IMG/VR virus record: IMGVR_UViG_3300008120_000239
Span: 1 to 62,086 of that record
Direction: 5' to 3' (one strand)
Source of the DNA: a virus
Lineage: Duplodnaviria; Caudoviricetes
Length of the DNA stretch: 62,086 nucleotides
A program made the translations under genes and the position numbers. Of this stretch, positions 31,348 to 41,161 are shown in pieces. Each line of letters starts with the position of its first letter. Position 1 is the stretch's first letter. The notes beneath the pieces are model-generated. The model was not told the origin of the DNA, ran no database searches, and saw nothing but the letters and a program-made list of their open reading frames with translations.

Positions 31348-32408
31348 TTATGAAGTTGGTTTTTTATTAAGAAACACTAATTGTGATTTTAATTCATCTA
31401 ATCTTGAAGATAATCCACTTATTCTACTACTTATTGCACTAAAAGCTGCAGAATTTATAGGTGTCAATGATGGACCAACTCCTGTTGGAACTGTTAATAT
31501 TGTTATTTCACGAAGTACATCATTTAGTGCAGAACATAAATCAGTTAACCATGCCACCGCAGTGTCACCTAATATTGCAGGTTCTACTGCATTTACACCT
31601 AAATTTATTCTTGCACCTTCCATTTCTATACCCGAAGCACCGTCTATTGCGATTGCCTTATCCGATGATAACCCAATACCTTCTTTTGCAAATGCTATAA
31701 TTTCCTGTTTTTTTGAATTTAGTACTATTCTATCGGATGATAATAGTATTTGATTACCACTATAATTATTTGCTTTGAACAAATCAACATTTTTATTTGA
31801 TATTGCCTTTGTAAACATTGATGCTTGTGTGAATTTAACATATTGTCCTGATGTTAACCATATAGATGAGTCATCATTATCAATATCTTCTATTATAAAC
31901 TCATTATAACGTGTATTGTTATAGTCAGGATTGGTTCCATTTGATATTATTATTATAGGATTGCCCGTATCACTCAAACCCTTTTTCCAATTTGGTTTTA
32001 CGGGATAATCCATCATAGTTTCTTCAACTGTAGATCCGTTAAAACGGTTGATGGTAATGCACCTGATCCAGGGAGACCATTGTGGTGTACTGAACTGTGT
32101 ATTGATATTGGGTGGGTATAGTAATATTCTTTATTAGGTATAAAGGCATTTGAGTTGGCAGATGGTGCCTTTGTTATCATAACAATTTCACCGGCAATAG
32201 GTACATTCTTTATATTAGCATCCATAGCTCTTGCATGTACCAAGTCCCCTCCGGACACAGAGCCTATTGCTCCAAGTATCTTACATGTTATAGTGTATAG
32301 TCTTGATTTATTAGTCCCTTGATAGTCAACTTCAACAACTTCAGCTGGGACAAACTCATATTCAACCCCATTCAGTAGGGTTTTCTGAGGATCGGTTCTT
32401 ATCGTCAT
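31348..32408 (-). pseudogene. gp5-like baseplate hub/spike, broken into two frames near 32040 (probable assembly deletion)
   Basis: The 5' part has the OB-fold-like PIAGEIV...YY..P...SVHHNGLP; the 3' part has GSTV...GNPIIIISNG...DDSSIWLTSGQ...SDRIVLNSK...PTGVGPS. The halves join out of frame. Confidence 0.65.
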
Positions 32409-32769
32409 CTGTCTTAATCTCCTCTTGTTCTTTAGATATTTCTTCTATACCACGTAGTAGTTCTTGCTTTTCCTCATCCGTTAGGAATGATGTTGACTCG
32501 TCAGAACCCTTTGTATTTATAGACCTTTGAACAACAGCTGCCAATTTAACCAACTGCTCATCATTTCTTATACCGATTTCCATGAAATCTTTTATAACAG
32601 GAACAATTGTAGCTGCATCTTGTATATTTTGAATATGTGGTTTTAAATCAGCAATCAATAAATTTATTTGACGGTCTTTTTTCTTTTGATTCTCATAAAT
32701 ATCTTTGAGTAAATCTGAGAATTTTTTGCTTCCAAAGAGTTCTATATCGAAGTCCATAGTAAAAATCAC
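32362..32769 (-). CDS. Conserved hypothetical phage protein
   Basis: Coupled ORF between the sigma factor and the hub gene. Confidence 0.6.
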   Translation of the reverse strand: MIFTMDFDIELFGSKKFSDLLKDIYENQKKKDRQINLLIADLKPHIQNIQDAATIVPVIKDFMEIGIRNDEQLVKLAAVVQRSINTKGSDESTSFLTDEEKQELLRGIEEISKEQEEIKTDDDKNRSSENPTEWG

Positions 32770-33497
32770 TAATTGTTAATAATATCTTGAAGTTCGTACC
32801 AACTTAAATCTTCTATACTTATATTTTCTCGGTATTCTTTGTATAAAGATCCATAAATTGCTTTTATTTTACTTATTACACCCGTAATATTTTGAGAGTT
32901 TGCACCCGTTCTTTCTCTTACTAAGATATAAATAGCCTTTTTATTATAATTTTCTATATGTTCTCTATTCTTAAATAGGTACAATACAGTATCAGCAACC
33001 TGTATATCACGTTGTTTTGGAAAAACTAATGCCAAATGTTTTTCTAATAAATTTACAAAAATATCAATGAAGTCATTTCGTTCTTCGTTCATATCGGTTC
33101 TTACTTTTTCATTTATGACTATCCGTTCCGTATCTATTGCATCTATATCTTGGGAGCGTTTGTAGTGATAATAATTTTTATTATTTTCTGCTATTAAGTA
33201 GTTTTTTGCAACTATTGAAAAGTAAGAGAATGCTTTACCACTATCATGTTTATATTTGTGTATTTTTTCGTGTAGGTGTGTTATTACTTCGTGTTTTACA
33301 TCTTCATGGGGTACATCAAAATTGTAGAATTTAAATCTATGAATCATTATTTCTGCCAATTTATAAAACGCATTGTGTATTTTTGCGGTGTATATTTTAT
33401 TTTTTTCAAATTCATCTTGACAATTTATGTATTCTACTATCGCATCTTCCGTATCCTGTGTGAAGTATACATTTTGTTTTTTAGGTTTTCTTCCCAT
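32769..33497 (-). CDS. T4 gp55-like late sigma factor
   Basis: YF...AIVEY...FYKLAE...FKFYN...EKIHKY...KAFSYFSIVAKNYLI pattern (region 2-like). Confidence 0.7.
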   Translation of the reverse strand: MGRKPKKQNVYFTQDTEDAIVEYINCQDEFEKNKIYTAKIHNAFYKLAEIMIHRFKFYNFDVPHEDVKHEVITHLHEKIHKYKHDSGKAFSYFSIVAKNYLIAENNKNYYHYKRSQDIDAIDTERIVINEKVRTDMNEERNDFIDIFVNLLEKHLALVFPKQRDIQVADTVLYLFKNREHIENYNKKAIYILVRERTGANSQNITGVISKIKAIYGSLYKEYRENISIEDLSWYELQDIINN

Positions 33498-33515
33498 ATT
33501 TCCTCTCTAAATTGT

Positions 33516-33884
33516 TTATAGATAGTAGTCTTTTTCAAATTTTGCCTCGAAGTTTGGTTTATCGAGTACACTTTTCTTTTGATCATCTTCCAAATTTTCT
33601 CCAAAATGACTTGATATATCATTTACAACTGACTTTAATTCTTTGAAAAAATATCCCGTTTCATCGTCTGCTTCAAACGCACCAATCCTATCTAAGTTCT
33701 TTAGATAGGATTGTTGAGATAATAGTCTATTTTTTAATGATGTTAAAAACCTTTCATTTTCAATAAGTGTATCAACACTTTCTTGTGCCATTTCTTCTAT
33801 TTTTTCGTATTTTTTTGTTAGGTTTATGTTAACATAAATTGAAGCTATTAGTAATAAGGATAAAATTATTATTGTTATAATCAT
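33516..33884 (-). CDS. Membrane-anchored coiled-coil protein
   Basis: Hydrophobic N-terminus followed by a helical region. Confidence 0.6.
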   Translation of the reverse strand: MIITIIILSLLLIASIYVNINLTKKYEKIEEMAQESVDTLIENERFLTSLKNRLLSQQSYLKNLDRIGAFEADDETGYFFKELKSVVNDISSHFGENLEDDQKKSVLDKPNFEAKFEKDYYL

Positions 33885-33885
33885 A

Positions 33886-34318
33886 TTACCCCCTCTTATG
33901 TTTTGGTTGTATTATAGTGTCTATGACACCCAACTCTAATGCCTCTTCTGGTGTTATGTAAAAATCTTTTATAGTACTACCTTTCCAAAAATCAACAGAT
34001 TCTTTTGAATTTGTACTACAATGCTTCGTAAACAGATCCACCATCTGAGTTGATAATCATGTTGACTGGATCATCTTTTTTTGATGATGGTCTCATATGT
34101 AGGATAGCACGTATACGTGTTGTTATATCATATAACGTTCCTTCCATTATTTCACCAAACATTATGATTGATGATGTTTCTACATCAATACCATAATCAA
34201 TTTGTGTGGTGGCTTCTTTCCATTTAACCGGAATGTCATTGTCAGAATCTTTTGCCTTCACAACATAGGTTTCTTCTTTAAACGTTTCATTATTATCGTC
34301 ATTATAAAAATCTTCCAT
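33886..34318 (-). pseudogene. clpP: ClpP-like protease lacking its catalytic middle (probable assembly deletion near 34017)
   Basis: N-terminal part IIMFGEI...PVNMIINSDGGSVYEAL, then TAG; another frame continues STNSKESVDFWKGSTIKDFYITPEEALELGVIDTII (ClpP C-terminus). The catalytic Ser/His segment is absent. Confidence 0.8.
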
Positions 34319-34342
34319 AAAACACTCCAGTAAATAAATTTA

Positions 34343-35376
34343 TTATATTTTTACACCTCTGCGGTATTCAAACCCTGGTTTAACAGCTTCTCCGTAGAAA
34401 TTTTCTGTTAATGCGGGTTCTTCAACTATTATATCATCTACCTCATTTGGTAGTTCTTTTAATATAACATTTTTTTGCGTAATTTCCAAATCTTTTTTAG
34501 CATTTATTTCATTTTTCTTTTCTTTTGGTAAAAATCTATTTTTTAGTTTTTTTTTATCTCTATAGAGTTTTTTCGTTGATTCTTGTATTTTTTTAAAAAA
34601 TGAATTTGGTTCTTCTATCGGTTCATCTTTTATTACTTCTTCAACTTGGGGGGTTATTTGTGGAGTTACTTCACGAATTATTTTACGTTTAGATCTTGGT
34701 TGTTTTGGTACAATTTTATTATTATTTTCATCATCTTTCATATTAGCCTTTTCAATATTTTTAAGATGATTTGCAGCTATAACCAAACTAACTGCCAATG
34801 GATCGAAAACAATAACGAGTACTATTATAAACCAATTAACAACTAAATCCATAGAAAGTCCTGTTATTCTACTCAAATAGAGTAGTGGACCTAATTCTGA
34901 TGTGAACGTTGTGTTTGATATGTTTAACTTTAAAGACGTAGCTTATCATATGAGTTAATTCTATCTGTTTTTTGCTTTATAATCGTGTCTAATTTATTTC
35001 TTTGTTCGGTGAATATTATTTTCTTCTGATCTAATAATGTAATTTTATTTTGTGCCTCATAGATGTGTTTTGCAGTTTCTTGATAAGAATTTGTAAGGTA
35101 TCCATAAACTCCAATGGATGTAATTAGCATTAATACAGTAGCAGCTGAAGTTAAGTATATTTTAAAACTTGTTCTAAGGTCCTTGTAATGATCATGCAGA
35201 AATGTTATAACTACTAACTTAGAAAATTCCAACATAGCAGCCATGCCAACAACTGTCCAAGCTCCACCTGAGAATAATTTTGATATTCCGAATACAGAAT
35301 AATATCCAGAAAATACTGCTAATCCTATTGCACAAAACCAAATTAAGTTTTTAAGTGAAAATAGTTTATTCTTCAT
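34343..35376 (-). pseudogene. Multi-TM membrane/coiled-coil protein broken near 34930
   Basis: The 5' ORF ends YDKLRL*; a shifted frame continues KLNISNTTFTSELGPLLYLSRITGLSMDLVVNWFII...FDPLA, which reads as one continuous protein. Confidence 0.6.
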
Positions 35377-36076
35377 TTTGTTTGTCTCCAGGAACTAATG
35401 CTTTATTTTGAACATCGTAACCTGTTACTTTACCAACTTCTCTATAATCGAACCCATCTAAAACTGCTATTTTTTGTTCGGGAAAAGATCCATACTCTAC
35501 TGCATAGCAAGCCTGTCCAACTATTTCTGTAAATAGCGCAGGTAAAGCATCGGGTGGTGCCAATTTTGCATGTAGGTTGTATGATGCTATTTCACCTTTG
35601 TCTCCAAATGGATGATTACCCAATATATGTACAATAAAATCATGTACACATCTGAATATAACATTTTCTTCAACCGAAAATATGGGATGATCTGAGTAAT
35701 CTATGCTTATTTTAACTTGTTTATTCTGTTTCCAATCCTGACTCATTTCAGCTTGACTTGAGTACGGCTCACCGTCAACTTTTTGAATCTTGTATTGGTT
35801 TCCACCCAAATTCATTGTGGTTCCATCTTTAGATGCTTCTTCTGATACTAATATTATTTCTGTTTTTGATAACAGTCTTTTGAATAGTGTTTGATTTGAT
35901 CTGTTTAATGAAGTCCAATGTTTTACCGCAGTTGAATCTTTTGATGGTGCGTCTTTGTATGCTTCAGCAACCAACTTTCTATACTTACCCCAATCCTTTA
36001 GCATCATCTTTTCTGAAAGTTTTTTACCATTCTTATCATTTAATGTTTCTTTCAATATGTCTTTTAGTAATATCAA
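35366..36076 (-). CDS. Putative head-packaged protein with HDxxxH (zincin-like) domain
   Basis: MILLKDILKE leader; NVIFRCVHDFIVH...F...GE..SY..H...ALFTEIVGQ. Confidence 0.55.
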   Translation of the reverse strand: MILLKDILKETLNDKNGKKLSEKMMLKDWGKYRKLVAEAYKDAPSKDSTAVKHWTSLNRSNQTLFKRLLSKTEIILVSEEASKDGTTMNLGGNQYKIQKVDGEPYSSQAEMSQDWKQNKQVKISIDYSDHPIFSVEENVIFRCVHDFIVHILGNHPFGDKGEIASYNLHAKLAPPDALPALFTEIVGQACYAVEYGSFPEQKIAVLDGFDYREVGKVTGYDVQNKALVPGDKQNEE

Positions 36077-36087
36077 AATAGACTCCG

Positions 36088-36471
36088 TTAGTTAAATTTA
36101 GCCATTACTATTATTCTATCCATAAATTTATCACCCGTTGAATTAAATCTACTATCGGGTACTTCCGTTGCCTTCTTTTTACCTGAAACATTCCAATTTC
36201 TTATACGATCTAATCTAAACAATTTCCATTCAGGAACCTGTGTAAGTGTTTTTCCAGCAGTTTGCCATGCCCTAACGTATTTAAAAGTACCTTTTGATGT
36301 ATTTTTTGTACCGAAACATACGGGTATAACTCCGGTTCTCCATCCGGGTGCGGTTTCCTGATCTCCCATATAATATAATGCCACGTACTTATTATTATTT
36401 ATAGCATCAATTACAAGGGAATCGGATGGTCCAGACACCTCATTTATCAATATTTCGTATAATCTAATCAT
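36088..36471 (-). CDS. WYL-domain protein
   Basis: AINNNKYVALYY...R.GVIPVCFG...YVRAWQ...WKLFRLDRI. Start placed at ATG 36471 (MIRLYEILINE). Confidence 0.8.
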   Translation of the reverse strand: MIRLYEILINEVSGPSDSLVIDAINNNKYVALYYMGDQETAPGWRTGVIPVCFGTKNTSKGTFKYVRAWQTAGKTLTQVPEWKLFRLDRIRNWNVSGKKKATEVPDSRFNSTGDKFMDRIIVMAKFN

Positions 36472-36492
36472 GCAAATAAATATGAGAAAAAT

Positions 36493-36536
36493 AAAAAACC
36501 CCACAAAATTGACTTGATTTAGTCAACAGTGGGGTT
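36493..36536 (-). terminator. Rho-independent terminator after the lipoprotein gene
   Basis: aaccccac...ttgact/agtcaa...gtggggtt inverted repeat with a T tract on the minus strand. Confidence 0.65.
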
Positions 36537-36560
36537 GTACCCATTCCGAACAATAGGTGA

Positions 36561-37088
36561 TTATGGTTTAACTCTATCACATGGTATTTTTCCAGTAGCT
36601 TTCCATATATTCCAAAGAGTTAATTGGTCAGCTCTCAAAACAGTTTCTATTGATGTGTATAGGTTTTTTTTACATATTTCCATATTTTTACGATATTCAC
36701 GTTCCAAGTCTCTTTGTGTTTGACGAAATTCAAAAGTAAGAATTTCTATTTCTTTTTTGATTTGATCGGTTTTTTTAACACCACGATATTTTTGTAGTTT
36801 TGCATTATATTCTTCACGTAGAGTTTTAATTGCATCATTAAATTCTTTTTTACATTCAATAGTGCAAATTTTTTCTTCACGAATTATACTATCAATCACT
36901 AATCTTTGTTCTCTTGTTAAGTTAAGGCATTCCAAAACTCTTCCAAATGGAACACGATTTTTTACACTATCACGGTTTGTAATAGGTGTTCTCTTTTCAA
37001 ACATTAAAGTATCTTGTGGTTGATTGATTGTTTCATTACAACCAATTAAAAATAAGGATACAAATAATAAACCAATAAATCTTTTCAT
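36561..37088 (-). CDS. Lipoprotein, Spy/CpxP-like helical
   Basis: Lipobox LIGC; LNLTREQ and LRADQ (LTxxQ-like) motifs. Confidence 0.6.
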   Translation of the reverse strand: MKRFIGLLFVSLFLIGCNETINQPQDTLMFEKRTPITNRDSVKNRVPFGRVLECLNLTREQRLVIDSIIREEKICTIECKKEFNDAIKTLREEYNAKLQKYRGVKKTDQIKKEIEILTFEFRQTQRDLEREYRKNMEICKKNLYTSIETVLRADQLTLWNIWKATGKIPCDRVKP

Positions 37089-37112
37089 CGAGTACTCCGA
37101 ATACTGTGTGTG

Positions 37113-37433
37113 TTATTTTTTAGTAACTTTTTTAGTTTTAGTTGCCTTTTTTTCAACTTTTGGTGCAGTTTTAGCAACCTTTTTAAGTTCCTTTTTCATC
37201 TTATCGGATGATGCGGTTTTCTTTGTTTTAGTGGTTTTGATTGGTTTAACTTCACCGACAGAACTAATTTCTTTTTCAATTTTGGAGGCGTGTTCTGCCA
37301 ACTCATTGATTACGATTTTTTTATCCAAAAGTTCTTCGGATAACTGATTTACTTTCTTTTTGTTGTAGAAGTAATATACCGCAAGAACAACCAAACCTAC
37401 AACTAATGCCAATTGGATATGTAACATTTCCAT
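37113..37433 (-). CDS. Membrane-anchored Lys-rich (histone H1-like tail) protein
   Basis: N-terminal TM segment; KKATKTKKVTKK tail. Confidence 0.55.
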   Translation of the reverse strand: MEMLHIQLALVVGLVVLAVYYFYNKKKVNQLSEELLDKKIVINELAEHASKIEKEISSVGEVKPIKTTKTKKTASSDKMKKELKKVAKTAPKVEKKATKTKKVTKK

Positions 37434-37443
37434 ACCTAAATCC

Positions 37444-38031
37444 TTAATGTGTTATACAAAAAATATAATTATTTTTCTTTATTTTTTTAATCGTAACATG
37501 GTTATAGGCATTCATTAGTATGTTCATAACATAAATAATACTATAACTGTGTTTTGAATAATTATCACTATTAATGCTAAATATAACCTTATCTGAAAAA
37601 AACATGCACCTTTCTATTAAAGTTGAAATAAATAGGTAATGTTTTTCGCCATATATTGGTTTGTCAAATAAGCCTGTTAATATTGTATATTCAAAAATAT
37701 CACCACTTGTGTATTCCGATAATTCTTCATCAATAAAATCTTGAACGGGTTTTTTTATGAAGTTGTAGTTTGGTGTATTTTCATATTTTGATTTTAATTC
37801 GATTATTTCATCTTTTACATCAACACCCAAATAAAATGCCTCTATGCCCATTTTTTCTAATTTATCAATTAAATTAATTTGTTTATCACAACAACCCACG
37901 TGTAATATTCTGTCTTGTTGAGATATTCCAAATTCAATTATTTCACTTGATAAATCCACTTCGACATCCAAACTAAAATTTCTTTCCCGATGTTCTTTTA
38001 CAAAAGCTTTGCTAAAAAAATTATGTTCCAT
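37444..38031 (-). CDS. Class I SAM methyltransferase-like protein
   Basis: ILHVGC...YLGVDV...YTILTGLF. Start placed at MEHNFF. Confidence 0.6.
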   Translation of the reverse strand: MEHNFFSKAFVKEHRERNFSLDVEVDLSSEIIEFGISQQDRILHVGCCDKQINLIDKLEKMGIEAFYLGVDVKDEIIELKSKYENTPNYNFIKKPVQDFIDEELSEYTSGDIFEYTILTGLFDKPIYGEKHYLFISTLIERCMFFSDKVIFSINSDNYSKHSYSIIYVMNILMNAYNHVTIKKIKKNNYIFCITH

Positions 38032-38683
38032 GATTATTTCTCCAACCCAATGCTTCAGAAATATTTGGAAATTGATTATTAAATATTGACTTAATATCAT
38101 CCGCAATTTGTCTGTGTTCTAATTGTGTATCGGGTGAACAACGTAATTCAAGGTAATGAATCCAACTACGGACTGAGCCTTTCATATACATGGTACTTTC
38201 TGTAGCTAATGGTAATACATCCCTTGCAGTTTCCCTTGAAACACCAGCAGTTATTAATTTATCATATAACATTTTTGAATTTGAAAAGTGTTGTTCAACG
38301 TCTCTCTCAAGTGTAAAATCTTCTATAACGTCTTCACTACTCTGTCTATTTGTTTTTGCTTGTTTTCTCAATTGAACAGGTGCAATATTTGAGACGGTTG
38401 AGTATCTTTGCGAGAACTCCTGAAATGCGAATGATTTATGGCGTAAAATTTGAGCTGCTATACTTCTACGAGTAACTATCTCTACTGTCATGTCAACGAA
38501 TTCAAATGGAGACCAATGTTTATGTTTAATTAAATAATTTATAAGCTTAGGAGCAGTTTCCATATTATTCTGATTTGATGGATTACTAACTCTTGCAATA
38601 TAAACTATTAATTCTTCGGGGGTTAATGATTTGTCTACAACTAATTGTGGGTTTGTAACTGAAACTAATTTTACCGCATACAT
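38021..38683 (-). CDS. thyX: Flavin-dependent thymidylate synthase
   Basis: HWSPFE, QILRHKSFAFQEFSQRY, ETARDVLP, QLEH. Confidence 0.95.
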   Translation of the reverse strand: MYAVKLVSVTNPQLVVDKSLTPEELIVYIARVSNPSNQNNMETAPKLINYLIKHKHWSPFEFVDMTVEIVTRRSIAAQILRHKSFAFQEFSQRYSTVSNIAPVQLRKQAKTNRQSSEDVIEDFTLERDVEQHFSNSKMLYDKLITAGVSRETARDVLPLATESTMYMKGSVRSWIHYLELRCSPDTQLEHRQIADDIKSIFNNQFPNISEALGWRNNHGT

Positions 38684-38686
38684 AAC

Positions 38687-39175
38687 TTATTTTTTTCCTT
38701 TATTTAACCTTACTAATTTTATGTGAATTGTTTTACCATCATCATTTACTATAACCGTATACTCACCTGTGAAAAGTATGAACGTTAACCATTTTATAAA
38801 ATTATTTATATCGGTTAGTATTTTATCATCGTAGGTTTCATTTGAAGGTTTTTCTGCTGATTCTTCTGGTTTATCTATGAAAAAATCCTTTTCTTCAAAA
38901 TCGTCATAATCTTCCATTTCTTCATTATCATCAAATGCTTTCAATGGATCATCTTCTTTTGACTCATTATCTTCAGGATCATCTTTTTTCCCCTTATTTC
39001 CTTCTTTTATTTTTTTTATAATGTCCTCTAACATGTAGTAGTCTAAACGCTGATTGAAACGGTCTAAAAAACGGTTAAGATCCTTTTTAGACATCTTTTC
39101 ATCTTTCTTTGTCTTAGCTACATCTACTTCATAATAGTTGAGCATGGACACTAATTTTTTTTCGTATTTCGTCAT
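38687..39175 (-). CDS. Hypothetical acidic protein
   Basis: ORF in the operon upstream of thyX. Confidence 0.55.
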   Translation of the reverse strand: MTKYEKKLVSMLNYYEVDVAKTKKDEKMSKKDLNRFLDRFNQRLDYYMLEDIIKKIKEGNKGKKDDPEDNESKEDDPLKAFDDNEEMEDYDDFEEKDFFIDKPEESAEKPSNETYDDKILTDINNFIKWLTFILFTGEYTVIVNDDGKTIHIKLVRLNKGKK

Positions 39176-39420
39176 TATTTTACCTTTTTTATCGTATCTA
39201 TGACTTCAACATATTCATAATTACCTTTTTTTATCTGAGATAATGAGTACTTCGTTAATTCCTTAGATATTTTTTTATTGTCACCATACAATTTAGCTAT
39301 GTCAACCATTGATTGTTTATACTGACATCGTGTTGGATTTAATATACTGAATTTAAACATCAACCAAATCCCCACAAACCCTATTAGAAATGATACTATA
39401 AAATCCAATGTAGTCTCCAT
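39175..39420 (-). CDS. Small membrane protein (holin candidate)
   Basis: Single TM segment; lies directly downstream of the lysozyme-like gene. Confidence 0.4.
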   Translation of the reverse strand: METTLDFIVSFLIGFVGIWLMFKFSILNPTRCQYKQSMVDIAKLYGDNKKISKELTKYSLSQIKKGNYEYVEVIDTIKKVK

Positions 39421-39512
39421 TTTACTGATAAAATAACTCTGAGCTAAATATCATATAAAAAAATATATCAGGAAAAAATGGTCGGTATTTAATGCGATTA
39501 ATTTTATTTAAG

Positions 39513-40019
39513 TTAACTCATGTATCCTTGTTCTTTTAAGTCTTGATAGACAAACTTAGATACTTTTTTCCAATAGTGCTTAGTAGCACGTTTTTTATGT
39601 CCATTAGGACCCCCATTCCACTTTCGTGCAATGATTTCCATATCACTCATTGTGATGGTTTCCCAGTTAATGTTGGGGTTGTAGAAATTCTGAAAAATCC
39701 AAAACATTTCTTCAGATTTATCAGGATTCAGTCTATCTTGTAAAGTAAAAGATTTATTAATTCCTTTCATTTTACAGATTCGATTCACTTCCTTTACCAT
39801 TACGGGTAAAATTTGTACTATTCCAAGTGAACCATCCTTTGATCGTGCGGTTGCATTGCCTTTTGACTCAACCCAAACGATAGATGAATATAGTATTTCC
39901 TTGACTACGTGAGCTTTTTTAACTTCGTTAGTATTCACAGCTGTCACATTCATTACAGGAATGAACATAAAAACTGTAAGAAGGGTGGTTACTATAACCC
40001 GTTTACATTTGTTAGTCAT
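39513..40019 (-). CDS. Secreted lysozyme-like/SLT muramidase (endolysin candidate)
   Basis: Signal peptide; IVWVESKGN...LGIVQI...ARKWNGGPNG...YWKKV. Confidence 0.75.
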   Translation of the reverse strand: MTNKCKRVIVTTLLTVFMFIPVMNVTAVNTNEVKKAHVVKEILYSSIVWVESKGNATARSKDGSLGIVQILPVMVKEVNRICKMKGINKSFTLQDRLNPDKSEEMFWIFQNFYNPNINWETITMSDMEIIARKWNGGPNGHKKRATKHYWKKVSKFVYQDLKEQGYMS

Positions 40020-40054
40020 ACTTACTGCCTCATTTATGGATAATATATTTAACG

Positions 40055-40084
40055 AACCATTCTGTTGAAATCAACGAAATGGTT
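40055..40084. other. Hairpin in the 5' leader of the lysozyme-like gene
   Basis: AACCATT-CT-GTTGA-AA-TCAAC-GA-AATGGTT inverted repeat. Confidence 0.5.
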
Positions 40085-40187
40085 AAAACATATACCGACC
40101 ATGTTTTCAAAGAACTCTATCCCATTAATAATAGGAATGTATAATATACGAAAAATATAAATATAAAACAAATTTTTTTTTTCTTTC

Positions 40188-40326
40188 AGCTATAGCCATA
40201 ATAGCTGCTATTAAATTATTGATCTAACTTATTAGCTTATTTTGATCTAAATTTATATTAGATCTATTAAGATCTTATTAAGCTTAGAGATCTATTAAGA
40301 TCTTAGATCTATTGATCTTATAGATC
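40188..40326. repeat. GATC/AGCT palindrome-dense non-coding array; putative replication origin
   Basis: Nine GATC sites (40221, 40244, 40261, 40271, 40289, 40299, 40306, 40314, 40323) and four AGCT sites in an ORF-free AT-rich tract near the strand switch. Confidence 0.6.
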
Positions 40327-40346
40327 ATAGTGTCTCTGTTGTCCCA

Positions 40347-40381
40347 ACTAATATACGAAATTTTTGTATACGATGCAAGCA
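40347..40381 (-). promoter_or_regulatory. Promoter TGCTTG-N20-TATATTAGT firing into the GATC array
   Basis: Exact motif copy on the minus strand. Confidence 0.75.
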
Positions 40382-40388
40382 TTTTTTT

Positions 40389-41036
40389 TCACCAAGTTAA
40401 AATATTTGGATATGAACGTAATTTTTTCTGACGATACACATAAACACTATCTCTATAAAGGAATGTTGAACCACCACCGTCTAAATTCATAGCATTCTTG
40501 AATCCTAAATTTTTAAGTCTTTTTGGCATATCTATAATTCTAATGGCTGAGGAAACATAAATTAAAATTGAGTCATTATTGTTATTACAGATTACAGTTC
40601 TCGGTCTTTTAGCTAAAGTAAATCCATTTCTTTTTATGGGTTGCTCGACACCATCCTTCAAAATAAGTGGAGTACCCGAAGCTATAAATCTTGAATTTTT
40701 ATTTGGTACACTCAGATCATTATAAAATATTATTCCTAATGAATCGTTACCATCTTCAGTACAGAAAGTATCTATTGAGATAAATGGCCATTTTTTAGGA
40801 TTTCTAAGATCATAATTTAAGCTGTCTTTATATGGACCGATGTAGTTATGATTAAAAAAACTTAAATTGGTCATATTGACCACGTTAAATTTGGATATGA
40901 ACCATTTTGGTGACTTCAACCCCTTTGTACTCACCATTTTTACATCCTTTATTGGAATACTTATCACCCATTCCCTTGCAGTTGAAATATCAACCGTAGT
41001 TAATAATACAGTGATAAGAAATAAAAGTGTTTTCAT
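40389..41036 (-). CDS. Secreted phosphodiester glycosidase (NAGPA/DUF2233-like)
   Basis: Signal peptide; RPRTVI...AMNLDGGGST. Confidence 0.8.
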   Translation of the reverse strand: MKTLLFLITVLLTTVDISTAREWVISIPIKDVKMVSTKGLKSPKWFISKFNVVNMTNLSFFNHNYIGPYKDSLNYDLRNPKKWPFISIDTFCTEDGNDSLGIIFYNDLSVPNKNSRFIASGTPLILKDGVEQPIKRNGFTLAKRPRTVICNNNNDSILIYVSSAIRIIDMPKRLKNLGFKNAMNLDGGGSTFLYRDSVYVYRQKKLRSYPNILTW

Positions 41037-41086
41037 TATAGCCCTCTATAAGTTATAAAAAAATAATTATTCAGTTTTGAAAAAAG

Positions 41087-41121
41087 TGCTTGCATATATT
41101 GAAATTTTTACGTATATTAGT
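41087..41121 (+). promoter_or_regulatory. Promoter TGCTTG-N20-TATATTAGT
   Basis: Exact motif copy heading the plus-strand block. Confidence 0.75.
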
Positions 41122-41161
41122 ACTGTAAATTTTGTTACATTATTATTCAAAGGAAGCCGTT

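Noticed and set aside
34016-34018. TAG stop-codon reassignment suggested by the clpP break
   Set aside because: The C-terminal part lies in a different frame, and long genes elsewhere are intact under the standard code, some ending in TAG.
40188-40326. CRISPR or satellite array
   Set aside because: Units are 4-10 bp palindromes with no spacers.
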